Shown: positions 40,129 through 49,025, counted from the stretch's first letter. The stretch: DNA of 64,000 nt from Syntrophales bacterium (GCA_035366835.1 DAOSIS010000020.1:3552-67551), one strand, 5' to 3'. Notes: a model not told the origin generated them from the sequence alone. A program made the numbers and translations.

Positions 40129-42010
40129 CCATCGGTTCCCGGAACATCATTTTCAGGTCGTAGACCCCGGCATCGCTCTTCTTCTTGATGTCGAACCCGC
40201 CCTTCTCGAAGACGTGGAGCATCTGCTTGTTTTCCACCAGGACCTCGGCCGTGAATCCGAGGAGACCGTCCCTCCTGGCGAGGTAGGTGAGGTACGTCAG
40301 CAGCGTCTGCCCGATGCCGCGGTTGTGGTAGTTGTCGCGCACCGCGAAGGCGATCTCGGCGGTGTGGCTGGCCTCGTCGATGCCGTACTGGCCGACGGCG
40401 ACGATCATCTCGTTGTCCTGACTGCCGATCACGGCAAGGATGACCATCTCCTTGGTGTAGTCGATGATGACGAAGTCCTGGAGCCGCTCGTGCGGAATGT
40501 CCTTGCGCTTGGAAAGGAACCGGCGGTGAAGGCTCTTGTCGGACAGGGAATAGAGGAAGTCCTTGAACGCCGATTCGTCGTTCATCCGCACGGGCCGTAG
40601 ATGGATCGTGAGACCGGTTTTCGTGGTCCGGAAGGTCTCGAGGTGTTCGGGATACTCGCCGCGCTTGCCCGGGATGAAGGCCTGGTCGCGGAAGACGAGC
40701 CCCCGGCGCTTGGCCTCCTCGATCAGCCAGGGGCGGAACTTCGGATGGGCGATGGCGATGAGCGACATGGCCCGGTCCCGGATATTCTTGCCGTGCAGGT
40801 AGGCGATGCCGTATTCGGTGACGACGTAGCGGACGTCGCCGCGGTTCAGCGTCACGCCGGCGCCTTCGCTGAGGGCGGGCACGATGCGCGATACGGTGTC
40901 GTTGTGGGCGGTCGACTTGACGGCGAGAATGGTCTTGCCGTTCTTGGACAGGAGGGCGCCCCGCATGAAGTCATAGTGGCCGCCGATCCCGCTGTAGAAG
41001 GTGTTTCCGATGGATTCGGAGGTGGCCTGGCCCGTCAGGTCGATCTCCAGGGCGGCGTTGATGGCGACCATGTTGTCCTGCCTGGCGATCAGGCGGATGT
41101 CGTTCGTGTAATCGATCGTCCGGAACATGATGGCCGGGTTGTCGTGGAGGAAGTCGTAGGTTTCCCTCGTTCCCATGGAGAAGGCCGCCACGGTCACGCC
41201 GCGGTTGATCGTCTTTCTGGAATTGTCGACGACGCCGGCCTTGATGAGATTGACCAGGCCGTCGCTGAGGAGCTCGGTGTGAACGCCCAGGTGCCTCTTC
41301 GCGTAGAGATTCGAGACGATGGCGTTGGGCAGGCTCCCGTAACCGACCTGGATCGTGTCGCCGTCCTGGATCAGGCGGGCGACGTAGTTGCCGATCCGGT
41401 CCGTGATTTCCGTCGCCGCGGATCCCTTGACTTCGAGGAGGGCTTCGTCGCGGGGAAGAATGAAGTCGACATCCTTGATGTGAAGAAAACCGTCCCCGTG
41501 CGTGCGGGGCATGTTCGTGTTGATCTGGGCGATGCAGAGGGGGGCCTTGTCCGTGGCCGTCTTCACCATGTCGACGCTGACGCCGAGGCTGAGGTAGCCG
41601 TGCTCGTCGGGCGCGGAGGTCTGGATCAGGGCCACGTCGATGGTGACGATCCCCCGCTCGATGAGCGCCGGAACGTCCGAGAGGGAAATGGGCGTGTAGT
41701 CGGAGGAACCGCGGTTGACGCTGCCGCGCGTGTTGTTGCCGATGAAGAAAGAGTTGTGGCGGAAGTTGCTTTTGAACTTGGAATCGGTGTAGGGGGCGAG
41801 GCCGAAGGAGTACACGTGCATGATCTCGGCGTCGTAGAAGGCTTTCGGATGGTCTTCCACGTACCGCATCATCGCCTGGATCAGGTACTGAGGCTCGCCG
41901 CAGCCCGACGCCAAAAAGATGTGATCCCCGCGCCGGATATGGGCGAAGATCTCATCCTCTGCGGCGAATTTTTCGGGGTAGAGTTTCTTCCAGTCTTCGA
42001 GTGACTTCAT
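40103..42010 (-). CDS. Acetyl-CoA hydrolase/transferase family protein fused to a C-terminal GNAT acetyltransferase domain
   Basis: The N-terminal region of about 430 aa resembles 4-hydroxybutyrate/acetate CoA-transferase, with SGCGEPQ and GIGGHYDFMRGA. The C-terminal GNAT motif is FAVRDNYHNRGIGQTLLTYLTYLARRDG. The stop overlaps the ACD start by 26 nt. Confidence 0.88.
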   Translation of the reverse strand: MKSLEDWKKLYPEKFAAEDEIFAHIRRGDHIFLASGCGEPQYLIQAMMRYVEDHPKAFYDAEIMHVYSFGLAPYTDSKFKSNFRHNSFFIGNNTRGSVNRGSSDYTPISLSDVPALIERGIVTIDVALIQTSAPDEHGYLSLGVSVDMVKTATDKAPLCIAQINTNMPRTHGDGFLHIKDVDFILPRDEALLEVKGSAATEITDRIGNYVARLIQDGDTIQVGYGSLPNAIVSNLYAKRHLGVHTELLSDGLVNLIKAGVVDNSRKTINRGVTVAAFSMGTRETYDFLHDNPAIMFRTIDYTNDIRLIARQDNMVAINAALEIDLTGQATSESIGNTFYSGIGGHYDFMRGALLSKNGKTILAVKSTAHNDTVSRIVPALSEGAGVTLNRGDVRYVVTEYGIAYLHGKNIRDRAMSLIAIAHPKFRPWLIEEAKRRGLVFRDQAFIPGKRGEYPEHLETFRTTKTGLTIHLRPVRMNDESAFKDFLYSLSDKSLHRRFLSKRKDIPHERLQDFVIIDYTKEMVILAVIGSQDNEMIVAVGQYGIDEASHTAEIAFAVRDNYHNRGIGQTLLTYLTYLARRDGLLGFTAEVLVENKQMLHVFEKGGFDIKKKSDAGVYDLKMMFREPMDDESKKSR

Positions 42011-42132
42011 CGTTTCCCGTATCGGGACCCTTTCCGGAGCCTTCGTCTTTTTCCCTCGTTATTGCAGACGTATATAGCACAGGAGACGCGCTTCCTGTCA
42101 AGGGAAGATGCCGCGGAACAGGGGCGAAACTG

Positions 42133-42807
42133 CTAGGAAAGAAGGGACAGGAGATGGGATGCGTCTTTCAGGACCAGATCGGCGCCGGCCCGGCGGAGGT
42201 CCCGTTCCGTGGAGTGGCCGGAGAGGACACCGACAGCCCGGACGCCGGCCTCTCTCGCCATGCGCACGTCCATCGGATGGTCGCCGACCATCGCGGAATT
42301 CCGGGGGACCGTTCCCAGCGCCTGCACGGAACGGATGAGGTGATCGACGGCGGGTTTGACGCGGGGAACGTCGTCGCGGGTGAGCAGCAGATCGCAATAG
42401 ACGTCGCTTTGGGGAAAGATCTGAAGAACGGCGGACCGGCAGTTGCGGGTGACGACGGCCGATTTGCGGCCGCTGCGGCGGAGGTCTTCCAGGAGAGGGA
42501 TCGTGCCCGGGAACAACCGCCCCCGGAGGGCCGCTTCCATCTCGATCGCACGGATGATCTCGAAGGCCCGGCGACGAAAGGCGGAACCGTTCTCCGGCCT
42601 CGTCGCGGCGATCTCTGCCGCCGCTGTCTCGATCATCTCCAGGACGTACAGGGAGGCCATGTCATCCGAGAGGATGCCCTCATCGTCGATCAGCCTGAGG
42701 ATGGATTGCCGCATCCGCGGAAAATCGATGTTCAGTTCGGCGAGCGTCCCGTCGAAGTCGAAGACGACGGAGCGGATGGATTTCAGGGAACGGATTTCCG
42801 GGTTCAA
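42133..42807 (-). CDS. HAD-superfamily hydrolase (phosphoglycolate phosphatase-like)
   Basis: VVFDFDGTL is HAD motif I. SAVVTRN is motif II. MVGDHPMDVRMAREAG is motif III/IV. The only start that keeps the DxD motif is TTG 42807, which overlaps the upstream stop (TTGA). Confidence 0.8.
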   Translation of the reverse strand: MNPEIRSLKSIRSVVFDFDGTLAELNIDFPRMRQSILRLIDDEGILSDDMASLYVLEMIETAAAEIAATRPENGSAFRRRAFEIIRAIEMEAALRGRLFPGTIPLLEDLRRSGRKSAVVTRNCRSAVLQIFPQSDVYCDLLLTRDDVPRVKPAVDHLIRSVQALGTVPRNSAMVGDHPMDVRMAREAGVRAVGVLSGHSTERDLRRAGADLVLKDASHLLSLLS

Positions 42808-43967
42808 CGTCTGTGGTCTTCCCTCAGGTAGCGTTCCAGGCGATCGAGTCCCTCGCGGATGTTTTCCAGGGAGTTGGCGTAGGAGAAGCGCAGGTATCCC
42901 TCGCAATTCTGCCCGAAATCGATGCCCGGCGTGACGCCCACCTTCGCCCGGTTCAGGATATCGAAGGCGGTGGAATAGGAGTCGCGGGAAAAGGCCCGGA
43001 TGTTCCCGAGGACATAGAATGCGCCGGTGGGTTCGACGGAGACGCCGAGGCCGAGCTCCCGGAGGCGGCGGATCATGTATCTTCTCCGTTCGTCGTAGAT
43101 CGCCCTCATGCGGACCACGTCTTTGTCCGACTGGCGGAGCGCGGCCACTCCGGCCCACTGCACGAAGGCGTTGGCGGAGATGAAGAGATTCTGCTGGATC
43201 TTCTGGAGCGCCCGCACGTAGGCTTTCGGGCTGATCACGTAACCCAGGCGCCAGCCCGTCATGGCATAGGCCTTGGAGAAGCCGTTGAATACGAAGGCCG
43301 AATCGGAAAATTCCAGGATGCTGTGCTCTTTTCCTTCATAGACCAGACCGTGGTAGATCTCGTCGGAAATCACAGGGACGCCGAGCGATGCGATCTCTTT
43401 CATCCTGCCCGGGTCGAGCAGGTTCCCCGTCGGGTTGGAGGGTGAATTGATCAGGATCCCTTTGGTGCGGGGGGAAATTTTCTCCCGGATGGCCTCCGGG
43501 CGGTACTGGAAGCCGTCCTCCTCGTAGACGTTGACGCAGACGGGGATGCCGCCGACAAAGCGGATGAAGTTCGGATAACAGGCGTAATGGGGGTCGGAGA
43601 TGACGATCTCGTCGCCGGGGCCGATCAGTGCCGAAAAGAGGAGCAGCATGGCCGGGGACGTGCCCGACGTCACGACGATCTGGTCGGGGCAGACCGATAC
43701 GCCGTAGCGGGCCGCGTAATGCTCGCAGATCGCCTCCCGGAGCTCCAGCAGGCCGAGGCTGTGCGTATAGTGGGTCCTGCCGTCCCGCAGGGCTCTGACG
43801 CAGGCCTCCTTGATGCATGCCGGCGTGTCGAAGTCGGGCTCACCGACTTCGAGGTGAACGACGTGTTCGCCGCGCTTTTCCATCTCCTGGGCCTTCTCGA
43901 GGACATCCATGACGATGAAAGGCGGGATATCGCAGGCGCGCTGTGAAAGCATGGTGCTGTTTTCCAT
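42804..43967 (-). CDS. Class I/II PLP-dependent aminotransferase
   Basis: LEVGEPDFDTP, INSPSNPTGN and NGFSKAYAMTGWRLGY are aminotransferase motifs. The start is uncertain among ATG 43967, ATG 43952 and TTG 43991. Confidence 0.88.
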   Translation of the reverse strand: MENSTMLSQRACDIPPFIVMDVLEKAQEMEKRGEHVVHLEVGEPDFDTPACIKEACVRALRDGRTHYTHSLGLLELREAICEHYAARYGVSVCPDQIVVTSGTSPAMLLLFSALIGPGDEIVISDPHYACYPNFIRFVGGIPVCVNVYEEDGFQYRPEAIREKISPRTKGILINSPSNPTGNLLDPGRMKEIASLGVPVISDEIYHGLVYEGKEHSILEFSDSAFVFNGFSKAYAMTGWRLGYVISPKAYVRALQKIQQNLFISANAFVQWAGVAALRQSDKDVVRMRAIYDERRRYMIRRLRELGLGVSVEPTGAFYVLGNIRAFSRDSYSTAFDILNRAKVGVTPGIDFGQNCEGYLRFSYANSLENIREGLDRLERYLREDHRR

Positions 43968-44020
43968 ATCCGTAAGACCGCGTCTTGTCAAGGCGTGGGG
44001 GGGGCCGGACGGGGAAGATG

Positions 44021-44884
44021 TCAGCGGCGGCCCGTGATGTATTCCGCGCCCATCTTCTTGACGACGGTGCGGCCGGTGTCTCCGGTAGGCACGATGTCGA
44101 CGTCGAGGACGATCTTGAAGAACCGGACGATGATGCTGAAGGTCGCGCCCCAGAGGACGTCCTCCTCCGCATCGTCCACGAGAAAGGAGGGAAACTGGCG
44201 GCGCCGCGCGACATCGGGCTGCCCGACGTCATCGGTCAATTCGATGATGAGATCGGCATAACGGGACGGATCGAGAAAGGATCGCAGGGGGATCTCCAGC
44301 AGGCGCTCCACCTCGCCGCTGAGCCGCGGACGGTAAGGCTTCGGGAGGAATCCCACGAGCGGAAAGATGGTCCGCTGGAAGAGGGTGAGGGAATGGGTCG
44401 GCAGGGGCCCCAGACAGCGGACATTCCAGGGCGGTAGCCCGATCTCTTCCCAGGACTCGCGCAAGGCGGTCGAAAGGAACAGCGCTATGGCGCTTCTCGT
44501 CCCGCGGTCGAAGCCGTTCGCGTCCGGGACGAACGGCCGGCGCCAGACGGGGAGGAGGCCGGAGCGGACCAAAAGGCTCAGGAAGCGGTCGGAGAGGGGA
44601 TGGATCATCCCGCCCGGACAGCCGATGTCGCCCGGCTGGGACATCCTGAACGACCGCTTGATGAGTTGGAAACACATTTCTCCCGGTTCAGACGCCGGCG
44701 CGCCGGCTGCGGAGCAGCGGCAAAGGGGCAGGAGAACGCCCGCAGACAGGCTGAAAACCGCAGACGCGCCATTTTCCGCGGCGATCCGCTTCATCGTGGA
44801 CGGGAAATCGCAGGGAGCCTCGGAAAGTCTCCTGGAGATCCGTTCGAGAAAGTCAGGCGTCCGGAAAAGGGAAGCAAGATCCAT
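44021..44884 (-). CDS. Nudix hydrolase, CoA pyrophosphatase-like
   Basis: LIKRSFRMSQPGDIGCPGG is followed by the Nudix box ALRESWEEIGL. This matches the NudL/CoAse-type signature. The start is uncertain. Confidence 0.78.
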   Translation of the reverse strand: MDLASLFRTPDFLERISRRLSEAPCDFPSTMKRIAAENGASAVFSLSAGVLLPLCRCSAAGAPASEPGEMCFQLIKRSFRMSQPGDIGCPGGMIHPLSDRFLSLLVRSGLLPVWRRPFVPDANGFDRGTRSAIALFLSTALRESWEEIGLPPWNVRCLGPLPTHSLTLFQRTIFPLVGFLPKPYRPRLSGEVERLLEIPLRSFLDPSRYADLIIELTDDVGQPDVARRRQFPSFLVDDAEEDVLWGATFSIIVRFFKIVLDVDIVPTGDTGRTVVKKMGAEYITGRR

Positions 44885-45908
44885 AGCTCCTGGTCCTTGT
44901 CGTGCACGGGCCGGATGTCCTGCCGGCATTCGAAACCGCGGAATTCAGGATGTCCGCGATCTCCTTCTCATACCAGCATCCGAAAGGGAAGGGGTTTCCC
45001 AGAAAACCGCAATGACCTCCGTACCGCTGCAGCGCGAGGTGCAGGTTCGCTCCTTTCTTCAGTCCTCTCAGGTCCTCGACGGGCACGACGGGATCGTCGG
45101 CGGAGGCGATGATCGTGGTCGGAACGCCCAGCTCGCACAGGGAGTCGCCCAGCAGCGTGTACTGGCGGAAATAATCCCGGTACGTGGGATACTCGGGGAA
45201 ATAGGGCATCAGGGCCTCCGTCAGCTCCATGCACGTCTTCGCGCGCAGGAACGGGCCGAACCGGTATTTGCCCGGGAAGAGGGATTCCTTTTTCCGCAGG
45301 GACCGCTTCCACTTGTTCAGGAAGTAGCTGCGGTAGAGAAAGAATCCGCTGTCGATGAGCAGGGTCGATTTGTAAGGGTCGAGCGCCGGGCTGATGCTGA
45401 TGACGTGGCGGAGGCTGGGGATGGGGCGGCTGACCTGGAGCCGCGAGACGCGCAGGCCGAAATTACCGCCGAGCGAAAAGCCGATGATGAAGAAGGGCCG
45501 GCCGCCGCCGAGTTCAGCAATGCGGGACAGGGCCTGAAAGACCTCCTCGAGCCGCGCGCCGTGAAAAAGGTCCTCGTTGAGATGGTGGCTGTTGCCGTGG
45601 TCGCGGAGATTCAGGCGGAACACGTCGTATCCGCAACGGTAGAGGAACCGTCCTGTCGTGAGGATGTAGGTGGATTCGGAGCTGCCCTCCCAGCCGTGCA
45701 GCAGGACCACCAGCCCCGGGGCCTTGCCCTCCCGCTGCGGGGAGTGGAACCCGAGAAGACGGGCGCCGTCACCGGCGTCTACGACGGACTCCCGGGAGGC
45801 GCGAAGCATCGGATTGTCGCCAAGGGCCCGGATCTTCATGCTGGCAAACATGGACTGCAGGTGGCGATGCCGCGCCCAGGGCTCAGGAAGAAAGCAATCG
45901 TCGGTCAT
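44853..45908 (-). CDS. Alpha/beta-fold hydrolase (YheT-like)
   Basis: GLVVLLHGWEGSSES, NLRDHGNSHH and IGFSLGGN (nucleophile elbow GxSxG) are alpha/beta hydrolase motifs. Confidence 0.85.
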   Translation of the reverse strand: MTDDCFLPEPWARHRHLQSMFASMKIRALGDNPMLRASRESVVDAGDGARLLGFHSPQREGKAPGLVVLLHGWEGSSESTYILTTGRFLYRCGYDVFRLNLRDHGNSHHLNEDLFHGARLEEVFQALSRIAELGGGRPFFIIGFSLGGNFGLRVSRLQVSRPIPSLRHVISISPALDPYKSTLLIDSGFFLYRSYFLNKWKRSLRKKESLFPGKYRFGPFLRAKTCMELTEALMPYFPEYPTYRDYFRQYTLLGDSLCELGVPTTIIASADDPVVPVEDLRGLKKGANLHLALQRYGGHCGFLGNPFPFGCWYEKEIADILNSAVSNAGRTSGPCTTRTRSYGSCFPFPDA

Positions 45909-46025
45909 GAATCCAGCAGCGAGCGCATTCCTCGCAGCTTGCTGCGGGGGATGCGAGCGAATCCTGTTGAAGATCCCCTCCTTGGGGATCGAAGATTCTC
46001 CGGAGCTTTGCTCCGGAGAGCTTCA
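45909..46025. repeat. Structured intergenic repeat, copy R2
   Basis: Homologous to R1 at 25652-25756. It has a longer imperfect hairpin, CGAGCGCATTCCTCGCAGC/GCTGCGGGGGATGCGAGCG. It also carries the GATCCCC-TCCTT-GGGGATC hairpin and a duplicated CTCCGGAG palindrome. It starts 1 nt upstream of the hydrolase ATG. Confidence 0.7.
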
Positions 46026-46157
46026 ATGCTCCGTCCGTTGTCGACCGGAAACCGGGGCAAGCCCCCGCCTCGGGTCGGGCCGGCGGGATGAGGAACGTCA
46101 CGGGGGCCAGCCCGGAAAAGAGGGAAAAGCGGCTTACAGGCGGCGTCGAGGCCTGCG

Positions 46158-47078
46158 CTAGCGTGACACTGCACATCTGCCGTTGCCCTTGTTTCTATAA
46201 AGCGCGGCGTCGGCGTCCTTAACGAGACATCCGGCGCCCAGATGGGGGGAATAGCTGGACACGCCGCAAGAAATCGTCACTTCGGCCGCAGATGCGCCCC
46301 CATCAAGAAATCGATGATTCGAAACCGCATGAATGAGCTTGCCGGATACCTCCTCGGCCTGCACTTTGCCGGTCTCCGGCAACAGAATCGCAAATTCATC
46401 TCCCCCGTAACGAAAAGGCATATCCGTCTTTCGTGTCGATTTTCTCAGTAATTCACCCAAGTTCTGCAGGATTTTGTCACCGTTCTGATGGCCATGGGTG
46501 TCATTGTAGAGCTTGAAGTCATTGATATCGATCATGATGAATGAGAGTGCATGGTTGTACCGTTCCGCACGATTGCATTCTTCGACCAGGGCCATGTCCA
46601 ACTTGCGTCTATTATACAGACCGGTCAATCCATCGATGACGGCCAGTGAGGAAAGTTTGCGGTTGTGGTCAATCACTTCTTCTGAATATTGCTTAAGCCT
46701 GAGAACTTTTTCGACGAGTTCGCAGGACAGGCTGTCGAAGGCATTTCTCAGCGTCTCAATTTCATTGTCATTCACGGATTGCAGGTTCGTTTCGAGTATT
46801 GAGGCCGATCTGCCCCTTATCTCTCTAGACAAGGTTTCCAGCGAACTGATGCGGCGAGACATCAGGAAGAAGCTTAGACCGCAAACAGATAGCATGGCCG
46901 CAAAGCCAAAAGTGAAGACATGCATCAAGGCGTTGATCTGTTCTGGAATAAGCATAGGGATGACGTATTCATAAATGATGAACGTCATCAACAGCAACGG
47001 CAGAATCGTAGACAGACCAAAAAAGACCAAGAATGTTTTTCTTGCTGACTCATTGACCAATGAAAAGAAAGACGTCAT
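46158..47078 (-). CDS. Membrane-anchored diguanylate cyclase (GGDEF)
   Basis: Two N-terminal TM helices and a coiled coil precede the GGDEF domain. Motifs are DGLTGLYNRR, an RYGGDEF active site, and RKTD as an RxxD I-site 5 residues upstream. Confidence 0.9.
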   Translation of the reverse strand: MTSFFSLVNESARKTFLVFFGLSTILPLLLMTFIIYEYVIPMLIPEQINALMHVFTFGFAAMLSVCGLSFFLMSRRISSLETLSREIRGRSASILETNLQSVNDNEIETLRNAFDSLSCELVEKVLRLKQYSEEVIDHNRKLSSLAVIDGLTGLYNRRKLDMALVEECNRAERYNHALSFIMIDINDFKLYNDTHGHQNGDKILQNLGELLRKSTRKTDMPFRYGGDEFAILLPETGKVQAEEVSGKLIHAVSNHRFLDGGASAAEVTISCGVSSYSPHLGAGCLVKDADAALYRNKGNGRCAVSR

Positions 47079-47352
47079 TTCATCTCTCCCTAAATCATGA
47101 AGCTCTTGACCAGTTGAGCCTATTCCGAGGCATTGTTTCAGGATACTCAGAGAATAAGGTCCGGTCGTAGTGCTTTACCACATCTGGGCTTAGAAGTCCT
47201 CAACTAGATGCTCGTGGGTGGGAGCGGTGCTTCCGGTACGGGTGTGTCTGTGCCGAGCGTCTCCGCAACAGCTCGAACGATATCAAGCATGACAAGGCGA
47301 CGGGCCATCTTTGCGGACCGTTCGTGCGGCTAGACTTATGCTCCGGATACAC

Positions 47353-48732
47353 CTATGCGGACTTGGGAAAGTCGGCATGGCGGATCTTCGTCTCCCATGC
47401 CTGAACGGCCATTTGTATGGGGTCCCAGGGGCTGGAGAGCGGAGGTGTATAACTGAGATCAAGGTCGTTCAGGGACTCCACGGTCATGCCGTTATGAATG
47501 GATGCCGCTACCGTGTCAATGCGTTTGGAAATCTCGGTACCGTATGCTCCGATGATCTGCGCACCCAAAAGCTTGTGGGTTTTTTGATCGCCGGTTATCC
47601 GAATTCTCATTTTTTTTGCGTGCGGGTAGTAGGCCTTGTGATCCCAGGCATCAATGTCCGCCGAGAGAGGGGAAAATCCTTCTTTCAGCGCTTCATCATC
47701 CTTCAGACCGGTTCGCGCTGCCACCAGATCGAAAATCTTGACGGACTGTGTTCCCAGCGTCCCGGGATATTCCCGGTTTCCCCCGATCGCGTTTTCACCG
47801 GCGATCCTGCCTTGTTTGTGGGCGGTGGTGCCCAAAGGCAGGTAGGTGTTTTCCCCGAGCAGCCTGTGATAGGTCTCCGCGCAATCGCCGGCTGCGTAGA
47901 TATCGGTGAGAGAGGTTTCCATCCGTCGGTTCACGCGGACTGCGCCCTTGACGCCTGTCTCAGCGCCGGCGGATCGAGCAAGATGGGACTCCGGCCGGCT
48001 GCCGACAGCCATCAGCACCATGTCAGCGGTGATGGTGTCGGCTGCCACGGAACACACAGAAAGCCGATTTCCGGTGGATTCGATCCGCTCCACCGCAAAT
48101 CCGGTGAAGACCCGGACGCCTTGCCGCTCCAGTTCGGTCCGTACCATGTCTCCCAGTGCTCGATCAAAGGTTGTCAGAACAGAAGGTAAGAATTCGATCA
48201 CCGAAACGGAAAGCCCTCGACGGATCATGGCGTCGGCCATTTCCATGCCGATATAACCCGCACCGATGATGACGATCGAGTTCGGACGACGAACCGTGAG
48301 GTATTCCTGAAAGGCAAAACTGTCCGTCATCCATCTTAGGGAAAAGACTCCCGGAAGATCGATGCCAGGGAGGTGCGGCACTTGAGAGGCTCCACCGGTG
48401 CCGATCACCAGTTTGTCATAGGAAAAAGTCTTGCTGCGGCCTTCCGGATCGGTGGCAAGAATGCGCTTTTGTTCCGGGATGATCTCCGTAACGCGATGAT
48501 CGGGAACCAGTTGGATGCCTTCTCTTTCAATGTCATCCGTGGTTCGATGGGCCAAGGTCTTCCAGTCAGAAACCTCACCGCTCAGGTAAAACGGAAGTCC
48601 GCAGATGCTGAAATTGGGATACCGGTCCGCCAGGATCAGTGTGACTGCGGTATTAGGCGAAAGTTCCTTGGCGCGTAGGCTGGCGCTGATTCCAGCATCA
48701 CTGCCGCCGATCACCACCAATCTGTTGATCAT
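47353..48732 (-). CDS. FAD-dependent pyridine nucleotide-disulfide oxidoreductase (NADH oxidase / CoA-disulfide reductase family)
   Basis: LVVIGGSDAGISA is the FAD-binding GxGxxG. NFSICGLPFYL carries the single redox Cys. IVIIGAGYIGMEMA is the NAD-binding motif. AAGDCA is also present. Confidence 0.9.
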   Translation of the reverse strand: MINRLVVIGGSDAGISASLRAKELSPNTAVTLILADRYPNFSICGLPFYLSGEVSDWKTLAHRTTDDIEREGIQLVPDHRVTEIIPEQKRILATDPEGRSKTFSYDKLVIGTGGASQVPHLPGIDLPGVFSLRWMTDSFAFQEYLTVRRPNSIVIIGAGYIGMEMADAMIRRGLSVSVIEFLPSVLTTFDRALGDMVRTELERQGVRVFTGFAVERIESTGNRLSVCSVAADTITADMVLMAVGSRPESHLARSAGAETGVKGAVRVNRRMETSLTDIYAAGDCAETYHRLLGENTYLPLGTTAHKQGRIAGENAIGGNREYPGTLGTQSVKIFDLVAARTGLKDDEALKEGFSPLSADIDAWDHKAYYPHAKKMRIRITGDQKTHKLLGAQIIGAYGTEISKRIDTVAASIHNGMTVESLNDLDLSYTPPLSSPWDPIQMAVQAWETKIRHADFPKSA

Positions 48733-48912
48733 TGTTTCCCTCGTGAACGGTGCAAAAAACCAGAACCTACTGTGGTCGGATCCACCTTTATCGTATCAGG
48801 CTTTTGGAGGAAATAACAACAATGACCTCAGGCTGAATCCTATCAAGAGAGCATGCAATCTGCCGTGGGTGTTCTGGACAAGGTGGAAAATCTTAGCCCT
48901 GAGACACAAGAA

Positions 48913-48940
48913 GAGGGGTTAGCCCATGAGCTAACCCCTC
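48913..48940 (-). terminator. Hairpin downstream of tRNA-Met
   Basis: GAGGGGTTAGC-N6-GCTAACCCCTC is a perfect 11-bp stem beginning 9 nt after the tRNA 3' end. It is followed by a U-rich UUCUUGUGU on the minus-strand transcript. Confidence 0.55.
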
Positions 48941-48948
48941 GGAATTCT

Positions 48949-49025
48949 TGGTGGCGGCGCAGGGACTTGAACCCCGGACACTACGGATATGAGCCGTATG
49001 CTCTCACCAGCTGAGCTACGCCGCC
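48949..49025 (-). tRNA. tRNA-Met (anticodon CAT; elongator-type or possibly tRNA-Ile2)
   Basis: The reverse complement is GGCGGCGTAGCTCAGCTGGTGAGAGCATACGGCTCATATCCGTAGTGTCCGGGGTTCAAGTCCCTGCGCCGCCACCA. It has a G1-C72 pair and the anticodon loop CT-CAT-AT. There are no three-G:C initiator features. Confidence 0.9.

Noticed and set aside
47215-47320. A 34-codon minus-strand ORF (MARRLVMLDIVRAVAETLGTD...) in the nox-GGDEF intergenic region, considered as a possible small gene or gene fragment.
   Set aside because: It has no RBS and no recognisable family. It is too short to support from sequence alone.
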